Source: Bugula neritina
Taxonomy: Eukaryota > Animalia > Bryozoa
Reading direction: 5' to 3'
NCBI GenBank assembly: GCA_964035545.1
Contig: OZ037766.1
Location: 2,976,001-3,040,000, forward strand
DNA: 64,000 nt
Shown: piece after piece, positions 28,801-40,900 of the stretch
How the letters are laid out: the number at the start of each line of letters is the position of its first letter
How positions within the stretch are numbered: position 1 is the stretch's first letter
Notes under the pieces: model-generated
Databases searched by the model: none
What the model saw: the letters and a program-made list of their open reading frames with translations, nothing else
What the model was told of the DNA's origin: nothing
Translations under genes and position numbers: made by a program

Positions 28801-28902
28801 GGTGCTTCTATTTTACTGATTGGCCTCCATGCCATCTTCTATAAAAGGTTAGATGAGAATGGAGCATTTGACCTTGACATGGAGGAAGTGATAGTCTCAT
28901 AA
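25898..28902 (+). CDS. RABAC1: Prenylated Rab acceptor 1 (PRA1 family)
   Basis: Exons 25898-25980 (in-frame upstream ATG at 25883), 26228-26452, 27200-27300, 27767-27868 and 28802-28902. PRA1 signatures VRPWSEF, KNIEHFMSNY, hydrophobic segments, GAGGAVFWILGAS..LHAIFY and an acidic MEEV tail. Confidence 0.93.
26946..27112. mobile_element. MITE-like element family 1, copy in PRA1 intron
   Basis: Collinear similarity to 20994-21154 with the same inverted ends. Confidence 0.7.
27541..27760. repeat. Degenerate (TATAC)n microsatellite ending just before a PRA1 acceptor
   Basis: Pentamer run visible directly, ending a few nt before taacag|27767. Confidence 0.9.
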
Positions 28903-29969
28903 GAATACTCACAGGTTGTTACGGTAAACTACATATCATTCCACACTTATATAACGTTGAAGCTGTTAGCGTAGTCTAGGCTGCAGAACATAATGGATTT
29001 CGATTTGTCTCAATTATTTATGGTGGTACAAGCGTTATTTTTCTTATTTTATTTATTTTATTACGAGACTAGTTTGAGCAAGCAAAGTGAAAGTATTAAT
29101 ATTATTTTTGAACCAACATTTTTAACTGTTTCCTGCATTTAATAATATGAAGTATTTAATTAACTATTACTTTGGTTTCTAAGCAATGCGTTTCAATGCA
29201 AATATAATGTACATGTTTTTTTTGTTTTGTATTGTGAGGTTAGTATAGTTGTCCCCCCTTGTTGTTGAGACTTTTTAAGAATAAATGGGTATTTTCTGGG
29301 TAAACTCTACTATTTCTATAATAAACTGAGACAGTTTACAGCTGAGTTGAGGATGAAACTTTGTTAGTAGAACTTGTTATTTTTATAGATGTTAGTTTTT
29401 CCCTACTATAATAGTTATGACTTTTAAGCTTGCTGTGTGTGAATGATGTTTCTTGTTTCGATAACATCTTAATAAACCATTAAACTGCAAAAATAAAGTC
29501 TATACTTTGATTTTTTGAGTGTCTGTTGGTCGTAGGTAATTTAAAGTGTTTTTAAATGTAGCTAACATTTGTTTCATGAGAATTACAAAAGATATATTTT
29601 CATATTAGTAGAATATACTTTCTCTTCTACTCTTTATATTACTGGAAGGAAATTATTTGACATAACTTTTCAAAAAAAGCTGTAGCATCTTCAACTACGT
29701 TGCACATGTTATCTACTTGGTACATGACTTAGATAATAAACCTGCACGTTGGCGGAGATGAGAAAGTATGATACTGTATTGCCATTCAAAGGCGATTCTA
29801 TTGTTAGAAGTTGTATACCCTTACATTTGTCGTGAGCGTAAATACATAACCTTAAATTCCAAACGGCAGTGTAAAATATTGACTTGAAGACGGGAGTTCA
29901 TGTAGTATTCGAATTAGTTACAATAGTTAAAAACTCGGGTAAGTCAAGGTAACATTATAGAATTGCTAT

Positions 29970-30900
29970 TCAGACTATTACAATCACAATGACTATGAGT
30001 GACTCTGACCATCACCATCAGTATCACTGTGAAATTATCATAATAAATTCACAAAAATAGTAATACTTATGAAATATGCACTTGAAGCTAGTTTGTGATC
30101 GCAAACTTATAGTTTATTATTTTAGTTACAATCATTGTGATTGTAATCATTAACTTTAAGTGAATGATTATATTTTTAGTCTTACTGTTACACTTACAGT
30201 TACTGTGTTAGTAATACTTATAACTATTACTATAAGTTATACTAATAGTAATAGTAATTCTAAAAATACAATCATACTAATAGTAATAGTATTACTATTA
30301 CTATTAGTATTAGTATTACTAGTATTAGTATTACTAATACTGTATTAGTATTACTGTATTATTATTACATTTCGATTTAGTAATACTAATTAGTAATTAA
30401 TACTAATAGTAATAGTAATAGTAATACTAATACTAATTATTAATGCAATAATAGTAATACTAATACAGTAATAGTAATAGTATTAGTCTATTGGTATTAC
30501 TATTACAGTAATACTATTAGTATTAGTATAACTATCAGTATTACTATGACATTGACTATGAGTATGACTATCACTATCACAATGGGTATCAGAGTATTAG
30601 TATTACCATGAGTATAAGTATATTTACTATTTAGACTTGGTATTGTTTATTTACTACGTCTATTGTTTATTAGATTTAGTATTAATATTACTATAACTAT
30701 TAGTATTAGTATAATTACTATTAGCATTAGTGTTACTCATAGTGACTCATACTATTAGTGAGTATTAATATTACTATTAGTATTAGCCTTAGGCTATTAG
30801 TACTACTATTACATGTGAAAATGATTTGCTATTAAATTTACTGTACTAAATTTAGTATTACTATTAGTATCAGTATGTTCATGTTGAACTTGATCGTTAT
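29970..30900. repeat. Degenerate 3/6-bp periodic (AGTATT/ACTAAT-like) low-complexity tract
   Basis: Long runs such as ACT ATT AGT ATT AGT ATA ACT ATC AGT ATT ACT ATG. Follows a CGG|gtaagt donor at 29938, the probable first UTR exon of MFAP1. Confidence 0.8.
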
Positions 30901-31824
30901 CATGATTATGAAAATATATTATAATTATCTAATCCTTTTTGCAAATATTTTAAGAACTTGGAAACTATAAATATAAGTGCCATTGTTAATCATGTAAAAT
31001 GATTGAAGTGTTCAAAATTCAATGATATCTTAATCTTAAAGTTAATTATACTAATTAAGTTTATATTAATTAGACTTTTATCTGCAGGGTTTTTACTGAG
31101 CCAACAGAGCTCCACAGTGAGTGAATGTGATAGAGGCAAATTTGTAACTCTAGCCAATCTGAGTGTCTCACACTAACTCCTTCTGTTAGATCACCATCAT
31201 AGCAGTACGCGGATAATAATAATGTAATAAAGTAATAGTATTAAAACTTTAATTACCTTTGCTGTTTTTAATAATTGCCATTAGAATTTCATGTAAACAT
31301 CAGCTTGTAATACACTTGGTACCAGATGTTCATTTAGTAATCTTAGATAACTTGATGGCTTAAATGGTGTTTCAGACACCATCTTTACATTTTTCTTGTT
31401 TATTTTAATAACTCAATAGGTTATATTTTCAATTCTGACAAGTAACCTTCTAGTTTAAGTATTAACTTATAGGTCTTCTTCTCTTTTTTGAATTATTAGA
31501 CAAATAAAACTTTGCTGATTCTAACCAGTATTGCGTGCATCTTATAATATAGGGAGACAAAAATACCATACATATAGTATAACCTTGCATAACACATTCA
31601 CTAGACAATTTTTATCTTCTATACCAAAAAGTATATTGTTTAAGTATATAACTTTCGTTATGTTAGATAGATTCAGAAAATTTTAAGAGAAGTTGTTATA
31701 TGTTATATTTTGCGCAATTATTGATTTAAAAGTTGAAATAAGTTGATGGTTGCTTTTATTTATAGTTTTTTGAAATTGAAAATCGACAAGTTTAGAAGCT
31801 GACTGAGCTATAATCTTTCTAAAG

Positions 31825-34800
31825 ATGGCTGAAACAAAAGCCCCTATCCAGTCAACAGCTGGAGCTGTTGCCATGAGAAATGATAAAGGTAAACTTTATA
31901 TCTCCTTTGTTCAAATTTCTGCTCTTTTTAATTGTTGAGTTTGTGACACCAAATACTTTTGCTGTTATTAAATTTACTTAATTTGAAAAACGAAAAAAAT
32001 TCATGTGTTGTGAGAATTGGTTCTATGACACTGAAGATTATCCCAATAAAACATAACATCATGAAACAGGAAAGTTTATGATAGTGGAAAAAAGTTTAAG
32101 CTTTATTAATTTTACGTGGATTGTAGGATTCATATAAACCCTTCATCTCTCTGCCTTTGATGCTGCATTGTAGGTGAACTATACACACAAAAGGTGAGAG
32201 TGAACAGGTACGTCACTGGTAAGAGACCTGAGTATGCCCCGCAGTCGTCTAGTGAAGAAGAAGACGAAGACTTCATACAGAAGAGGTTGAACAAAGCGGA
32301 AGGGGAACGGGATGCAGACTCGGGAATGCCGGCTCCCATTAACGCCGCTTACGACAGACGTCTTGCGAGGTTACAGCAAGCTAGGGCTCAAGACAATGAC
32401 CAAGATGACAGGTCTGTTGGTTTGAAACTTCCATCTTCATTTGTAGCTTTATAATTTTAATCAAACATTTTCAAAGAAAGTTTTAAAATATGAAATTTCG
32501 TTTGCAATTTTCCAACTTCGAGATGTTCTTGGATATAGGTTTTTATCAACAGATAAAATTGCTTTATGTGGATTTTATAGCCAAATGACTATATTTATGA
32601 AGGCATTATTTCAAATAATGTGATCCTTATGCAATTATTCATCTGGTGGTATGCTGTAGTATAGTTATGTTTTGCTGTGGGCGCAGTTGATGGTACGCCT
32701 GGTCACCCATATGAGTATATAATTCTGTGTTTCAACAACTTTTCTTGTTGTCAGGTACACACGCCATCACAGACGGGTTGACGAGCCGGAAGTGATAGGC
32801 AGGGATTCTGATGAAGATTTTGATCACCGGGCAGGAGGGAGTGAAAGCGAAGAGGACGAGGAAGATATTGATGAAGAGGTCTGTGTGCCATGATTGACTT
32901 TGACTAAAATATTTTTTCTTAACAATCATGAATCGAGATGAGATTCAAGCTCTGTTTTCAGTGATGACTGATGTTCATCTGAGTCATGACTCTTTCTCAT
33001 CATAGTCATGACTCAGTTCAAATTGAATCATAACTCATATGAGTATAAGTCATGACTCATTTTTATCACATGTTAAGTGAGAGTTCTTCTCTTACAAAGT
33101 CATAAATACTTCTTCTCACTTTCTTCACTTTCTTGTCATTTTTAAACCATAGGGATTCAGTAATGCAGTTGATTTCTGTTAAATTTGAAACATTTAGGAA
33201 ATTGAGAGGCGGCGTGCTCAGCTAAGACTGAAGGCTCGAGCCTTGAGAGATACAGAGGAGAACACAGAGCTGTTAGCCACCGGAGAGAAGGTGGAAGGTG
33301 AGGGGGACACAGAGAGCTCTGCAGAGGAAAGTGAATATGAGGAATACACAGATAGTGAAGACGAAGAGGACGGGCCTATGCTCAAACCCGTAAGCACCTT
33401 ATTCAATCTCAGTCTAACTCAACAAATTCCAACATTTGCTTTTTTAAAATACATGAAAAATATTATGAATGCATGTATCAATATGTTTACATGCAACTAC
33501 AGCAGATGCTTCTATGAACTAGGCAAGGTTTTTTTCACCTATTCTCACCTATCTTTGCTTTGTCCTGTTCGGGTAGCGGAAAAACTCACGCAGGTTTATA
33601 GTCAGTATCCCTGCGAGAAACTCCTGATGGAAGGGTTTTTGTTAAAGCGGGCCAAGGACTTACTCAGATGGGGCACAGGAGCAATTAAGACTGGATGCTC
33701 TTCCTAGCATTACCAATGGCCTTTGTCGGGTTTGAACCCATGACTTTGTGTTTAGTAAGCAAACACTCTCACTTCTAGACCATGGCTGCTCCCTTATCAT
33801 AATAGTAAATCAGACAAATCGATTTTTATATGGCCTCTCAAAAGTTGAATAATTTGATTCACTCTTCTTTATGTGTTTTTGTGAATATTTATTATACATC
33901 CATTTTTGGCTTTATTTCTGCAGGTGTTTGTTAGAAAGAAAGATAGGATCACAATCCAAGAAAAACAGAGGCAAGTTTTAAAAGAGAGAGAATTGGAGTT
34001 GGAGGCAAAGAAATTGCAAGAGGAGAGGAGAGCTCAGGCTAGGAGGGTGAGCTGAGACTATGTGGCTACACTGATTCAACAATTAGTATTCTGAGATGTT
34101 TTTTTAGCACCTTTCAAATATTTTACCAATTACTAACATTTTATATGCTGCTATAAAGCACATTATAACTCGTTTTGATATAAAAACTAAATTGCTGTTC
34201 TCATGTTATTTAAATTGTCGAAAAAAGTAATATACATGTTTTGTTTATTCTTACTTTCTAGTAGGTTATTTTTTATGAGTAGATCTTATTATGAATAAAT
34301 ATTTTATTCTAATTAACCAATTTAACACCCATTTATTAGGTTGTTATAACATGGACTAGTTATATTATTACATGAAGTGTTAACAACTGATTACATTATT
34401 AAATGAAATTTCAACTACTGTTTATATTTTGAGTAGCTGGTTGAGGCGACAGTCAAACAGGAAGAGGAGGCAAAGGAAGTGACAAAAGACAACGTAGATG
34501 CCGTCAACACAGACGATGAGAATGACGAAGAAGAATATGAGGCCTGGAAGATCAGAGAATTGAAGAGAATGAAACGGGACAAAGAGGAGAGAGAGGCGTG
34601 AGTTTTGTGTTTCTTCATAAAATATCTTCTCACGATTATTTGTGTTTCTTCATGAAATATCTTCTTAAATATCTACTTGGGTTATGGAGGCATTTCAATA
34701 TACAAAGCAGCTGTGAGCAAAGCCCTGGTGTGATTGGTAGCTTGAGTTCCATGAAAGTATTAGTAGTGCCAGGAAGGGCTTGTGGTCATATTCACTATAC

Positions 34801-37051
34801 TACTTTGTAGTAACGTAGCATAGCTTGACCGGCTTCTCTGGAATCCACAATGATTTTGACTTTAGAAATCTGTACACTTTTGAACTAAGAATGTTATTTT
34901 GTTGAGTTTATTGTTTATATATTTTTTGGATTTGATTAGTAAGTGTACAAATTTATATTTTCTTGTTTAAACAAACTATGCATTGTAACTGTATTATATG
35001 CTGTAGTTTATTGATTATATGTCTGCCTGTATCTGTTATATGCCAAGCCCATTGTTCACAACTCTCACAATATGTTTCATTCAGCCATGAGAAGGAGAAG
35101 TTAGAGTCTGAGAGGTTTAGGAATATGACGGAAGAAGAACGCAAGCAGGAGTTAAAGATGAATCCTAAAAAGATAACTAATGCCGCAGCCAAAGGAAAAT
35201 ACAGATTCATGCAGAAGTATTATCACAGAGGTGTATTCTATATGGTGAGTAATGGGTTGTTATACTTTATTTAGTCCACACCAGCAAATTAAGGGAAAAA
35301 GTAAAACTCACTCAAAATTCATAGTAATTTGCTGTTTAGTGTATTTTTATGTGCTTATTCTAAATATGTATAAGAGAAAAAGACTGAGGAGTGTTTTGCA
35401 AACTTAATGCCTTTATTCTTTGACAAAAAGCAGGCATATGGAATTTACTTGCAGAACAAGACCGACTATCCTTGAATGGTTATTTGGCTTATATTATGAC
35501 TACAAAAAAAGTATTAGCATCGTTAGCATTTCATTTGAAAAACTAGAAGCTGTACTATTTGACTTCTAAAAGTATATAGAATAGAAGTTTTGATGATACA
35601 ATGGATTTATTTGCAAACACTTCATTAGTTCATGAAAAACATATAAATTAGCAACTATATTTTTGTAAAATTATTTAATACACATATGATTATGTAACTT
35701 CGACACAGTTTAAAGAAGAGTCAGTTCACTTCATTTAGTACACACCAGCAACTTATGATTTAACATTAAAATTTGCTCAAAATCAATTAAAATGTACTAT
35801 ACATGTATGGTATTTTTATGTGCTGGTTTTAACTACGCATAACAGAAAAGGCTGGGAGGGGATTCCCCAACATTAAAGCACAGGTCATTGTCATATGCAC
35901 GTAATATTCTATATGTGCGGATCGTTACGAAAAAACCGTAATGGTCCGTAACCAAAACTAGTTGAATAATTAGGGAAAAACATGGGAAATGAAGCAAAAT
36001 TAAAAAGAACTTTGATTATTTAGGTGTATTTATTGGTGTTTTACTAGTTTTGGCCAAAAAACCATGTTCATTACCAGCTAAATTGTGAAAAATAGCCAAA
36101 AACTGAAGATATCCAGTGTGTACTAAATTAAGTAAAATGACCCAGAACTGGTTGTCAAAATCTCTTCTATTCTGACAGCAGAGTTTTCTATTCTGACAGG
36201 ACGAGGAAGAGGAAGTACTGAAGAGAGATTACACAGCTCCAACACTGGAGGATCATTTTGATAAGACTGTGATTCCTAAAGTCATGCAGGTGGGTTACTG
36301 TATCCTACCCTCTTTCATCACTGGCATGATTGCTAGTACACACCATGTCAAGGTCGTTCTTGTTGCCTGCCTTCATTCCAACCTTTATATTTATAATTAA
36401 ACTTCCAATGTATACATGTTGCTCTAAGCTGGTAATAAATAATAATGCAGTTTTATTGTAATGTTAGCATAGCTTTACCAGCATCAATGGTATTGTAATC
36501 AAATTTTTATTTAAAATAACAAATATATAAAATTGACTATTTAGTTATTGATAAACTGAATATTTTCTGAAACTTGAAGTAGCTTTTAAAATACTAGTTT
36601 TTAAAGCCACTCACTTTCAAATATATAATTTTGATTAGTGTATTCCAGTGAGTTCACACATTCAGGCTCTCGCAGTAAAAGAATATATTAGCTTTGTTTG
36701 TGAAAAGGCACAACCTTTTCTGCCAGAATTTTTCACTAGAATATTAAATTTTGTTTTAAAACTGGGACTTTAAGTTTAATTATTTTACCAATGTTCTGTC
36801 GTTGTTCACCTTACCATTATGACCATGGTTTGCCTACCTCTCTATTAGTTCTCTCTATTCACTTACACTTACAGGTAAAGAATTTTGGGCGCTCTGGAAG
36901 GACTAAGTACACCCATTTAGTAGATCAGGACACGACTTCCTATGACTCAGCATGGACCGCTGAGACTGGTCAAAATCTCAAATTCCATTCCACTAAAGGT
37001 GGCGGACTGAAACAATCATTTGAGAAACCTAAGCTGTCGCATAAAAAATAG
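31825..37051 (+). CDS. MFAP1: Microfibrillar-associated protein 1 (spliceosomal B-complex factor)
   Basis: Exons 31825-31888, 32174-32411, 32755-32878, 33198-33389, 33924-34046, 34437-34597, 35085-35244, 36200-36289 and 36875-37051. Hallmarks [65 protein letters not shown] and [21 protein letters not shown]. Confidence 0.96.
33520..33793 (-). mobile_element. tRNA-derived SINE-like insertion in MFAP1 intron
   Basis: Minus strand starts GGGAGCAGCCATGGTCTAGAAGTGAG (A-box-like) and has GGTTCAAACCC (B box). A GC-richer body and a short A-run follow. It does not close as a tRNA cloverleaf. Confidence 0.65.
35720..36141. mobile_element. MITE-like element family 2 (about 420 bp) in MFAP1 intron
   Basis: 26-bp imperfect terminal inverted repeats gtcagttcacttcatttagtacacac / gtgtgtactaaattaagtaaaatgac. 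A decayed copy of the left arm lies at about 35270-35390. Confidence 0.6.
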
Positions 37052-37344
37052 TATAATTGTCAGCGTATGATGATATTTAAATTTAGGCTTGTAAAATGCA
37101 TCATGTACTCTGTAAGTTACTTACTGTGTATTGTAGTTTTAAAAAATCTGTAAATATATTTCTTTTTTACTTGAATATAGACTCAAAAGCACTATTGATT
37201 TAAATTTTTGAAATGCTAATTTTAAAGTTAACAACTCTATCAATGGACAACTACAATGGTTTTTAGATTTAGGTCATTAGAATTTACATTTACTTGATGG
37301 CACAAATTGTATACCTGTACTAGTAGAATAAAACTATAATAGTT

Positions 37345-37530
37345 CTAGTCTAATGATCAAAGCCTAACCTACTATGTCAAACATTTGCTAGGTCACAGGT
37401 TTGATACCTGGCAGGGCTATTGGTCCTGCGCTGTAGCGTAAATTGGCAAAACTAGGCTACCAGCATGGTAAAAACACACATCTCTACTACCGGAGGTTCT
37501 CGCAATGATAGAGACTTTAAAAAATATAAA
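37345..37530 (+). mobile_element. Degenerate tRNA-derived SINE-like remnant
   Basis: A-box-like TAGTCTAATGA, B-box-like GGTTTGATACC at about 37398, GC-richer body and A-rich end. Confidence 0.35.
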
Positions 37531-37845
37531 TTTTTATCAAGATAATTTTGCTTGAGCCCAAAATTACAATAAAAGTTGTGGAGTAAGCAATATATGACAA
37601 TGTATTAGACTACTATGTAGAGTTGTCCTCAACCGCGACAACCACGTGAAACCACTTAAACTGTTGATGTGGGTGCAGCCTCTAACAGTTTGTAAGCATA
37701 TAAAAAATAATTGATTTTGATCATCTGCAATTTTTGTTAATAAATTGAAATTTTAATTTTTTTTTCAATACAATTTTACTTGAACATTTCAGGGTTAAGA
37801 AAGTTGATGATCAGCAAAAGTTTTTAGAGTCTTTGAGGGTAACGC

Positions 37846-37857
37846 AATCACGTGATT
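37846..37857. promoter_or_regulatory. Palindromic E-box upstream of unkempt
   Basis: Perfect 12-bp palindrome AATCACGTGATT (TCACGTGA core, USF/MiT-TFE type) about 130 nt upstream of the ATG. Confidence 0.4.
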
Positions 37858-37984
37858 AGGTTTTTCTGCGCAAAAGTGATGCGCTCAGAGCCTGTTTTGA
37901 CAATTTCTGCAAAAATACGTTAGCGGAATAAAACTACAACTCAATGCGATAATTTTAAAATCAATATTTTTTAATGTAATTGCT

Positions 37985-40900
37985 ATGAATGCGAAGTCTG
38001 ACATTGGTGGGAACCTGGTTTCAATACCAGAGAAACCAGAGCATTACACGTAAGAATTTGCTAATTAGTAAATGGAGTAGTGTTTTCGCAAGTTTTTCGG
38101 AATAATTTTCTTATAATCATTTATTTTTATTTCAAACATGAAACATCAAATTCAATTTTTAATGATTTATCGATTCAGATTGTTGAATTAAATGTAATAT
38201 TTTTTGAACTATAGAAAGTGACTTTGAATTTATTTTATGTTATTTTGATGTAATACTTATTAATTAGTTTGTAATTCAAATTGTATAGTTTTACTTGATA
38301 CGAAAATCAAAATATTAATCTGGCTGTTGTAAAAATGAAATTATAGTATTAGTAGTAGTTGGGTGCTGTCATGATTGAAACTGATTCAAACTGACTCACA
38401 TCACTCACAAAGTGAAAGTGACAATGTGAATGCCATAATAATGATGCTGATTATGATTGCTGTTAAAATGAAAATAACGAGAATTAAGTAATCAACGCAT
38501 TTTAGAATTAATACAAATTCTAATTGAATTTTAGTATTAGTGTCTTTCAATTTTCTATCATTATGAATATCACCATCAGTATCACTGTGAAATGGAATGT
38601 GGATACGACTTAAGACTAAGTTTATCATTAGAAATAGGTCTAGTGTTATTGCCTTGTGGTTACACTTGCCAGCAAATGAACAATTATTCTGCCTTACTTT
38701 TTATCTTACAGCAACAACAATTGGATTTATACTGCAGGTATACCAATTGAATTATTTTTTGTTAACAGCTATTGCATGACATTCTTACAGTGATGGTAAG
38801 ATTTCAAGGGATAGTTTCAGTATTACTGTAAGAATCACTTGATATTTAAATACTGCTAAATGAATTATTTGCATTTATATGTGTGTGTTTAGACTTATAA
38901 TTGCCTAGGTGTCAGTTGTAGTTAGTAGTTAGGTTATACGGCTTATTTGTAGGACTACTATTGTTACTAATTGGTTAAAATATCACACTCATTATAACAA
39001 GTCTAACTTCGAATACACCTAATCTTGCTCCTAGTATTATTTCCATCACTCTTATACATCATAGTTAGTAACACTAGTTGTAAAAATTACTAGTTTCAAA
39101 CTAATATTATTGGTATTAGTATTTGTAATTACAATTATAATTATTGGTATTTACTTCGTGGTGTTGTTTCTTTTTAATTTTTCAATAAAACTAAATGCAA
39201 TAGTATTTGAATTACTTGATTTTGTAATATGATTATAAATGTAACTATCGAAAATAATTATTTTTTACTGATTATATCTGAAATTCCAATCCACATTTTT
39301 CGTTTTGAAATAGGCCATTGAGAATATTACTAAGGCAATAGTAATCACACTTGATTCTATATGAACTGAATTTTATACTTTGTTAATTTAATTTTAAGTG
39401 TTGCTGAATGAAGTTAAACCTTTGGTTTAACAACTGATTTGTTTGGCATCCATTTAGCCTAACTAGCTATATGGAAGGGGCTAACAGCAGTAACAGTAAC
39501 TTCTACTACACTATATGATACTCGATGCATTTGCTATCACAATGAGAAATATTTTCTTTATCGTGTGCTTACTGTACTGCCTTAGATGTTTTCTTAGTCT
39601 TTCAAATGCTGTACAGCATGTCCTATGAGATGCTAAAGAGGAACCTGGTGCATAGCTGAGTGGTTGTCTCGGATGAGAATTGTTAAATGTTTTGCAGATA
39701 TCTGAAGGAGTTTAGGACACAACAATGCCAGCTCTTTCTTCAACATAAATGTACACAACATAGGCCATATACATGCTTTCACTGGCACTTTGCCAATCAG
39801 CGTAGGCGTAGACCAATAAGAAAGAGAGATGGAACTTTTAACTACACTCCAGATTCTTACTGTTCCAAATATGACGAAACTACGGGAACCTGTCCAAATG
39901 GAGAAGAGTAAGTATTTGTTCCAGTAACACCATGTCTGCCGAGATTGCCGGCCACACCAGCTGGTGGTGATCATTTTTTCACTTTAATTTTGTAGCAGCT
40001 TTCTTAACTGTAACATTTTATACAGATAGTAGCTTCACCTAATCAGTAGATGAATAAATTACTCTGCAGTAAATCACGTGACTGATAACATTACAGTGGA
40101 GGAATTAACGAATTTCAGTGAAAATTATCATTTAGTCAGTTGGGCTGAAGTGGTATATGGTTAGTGTTAAAGCTGTAGGAATTTATTCACTGCCTGTATC
40201 AGGCTTAGACTCTTCCACAAGAGCTGCCATTACCTGCAGGGACCTGGAAAAGCTATTAACTGGAGCTGATAATATACATACAGGGTGTTTATCATAGTGA
40301 TGGAATACCTTTTATCTATCACCTCTTAACTTTGTAAACATACATTCATAAGGTTGTAATAGCAGCTTGTGCTGCAACCCTGTTATATTATGCAAACAGT
40401 GCAGTTTTGTGTAATTTGTAGTAAGGTCCCACTTTATATCTCTTATCAAACTGCAATCTGTTTACTTATTTTCTTCTATTGATATGTAGTATCAAACTGC
40501 AAGTTTTAAACAATTTACTCACATATTTGATAGCTAAACTCAGCATGGTAGCTTCTCATCCTTAGCGTATGTGCCTGTATACATTGAGGTGCAGTACCAA
40601 CAGTAAAGCTGGCTCTTTATTACAGCAAACTTATCAGATTTTCTGTGGCATTCTTTATAGAGAATATGTTTGTTTGATTTTGGTTATCATAATTTATTGA
40701 TTATTTTCTATTCTGAGTAAAATTAGGCATAAATTGAGTCAAATTCCGCTATATTGATATTAACCCCCTGGCTGGCATCAAATGTATGATTTCCTCGTGC
40801 TATTGTATATCATGTTTGGTAGCAACCAAGTAATAGTGATCAGATATTGTCTCTAAGCAAATGTTAAATGGTGTTGGTATTAGTATTACTGGTGAAATAT

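Noticed and set aside
30160-30348. Hydrophobic or I/S/Y-rich small ORFs (also 24204-25015, 42435-42834, 59656-60050)
   Set aside because: Artefacts of periodic or low-complexity tracts.
33243-33707. 154-aa ORF as a separate protein
   Set aside because: It is MFAP1 exon 33198-33389 read through its donor into an intron containing a SINE.
33720-33793. tRNA gene
   Set aside because: A/B boxes are present but no convincing acceptor stem or cloverleaf, and it continues into a SINE-like body.
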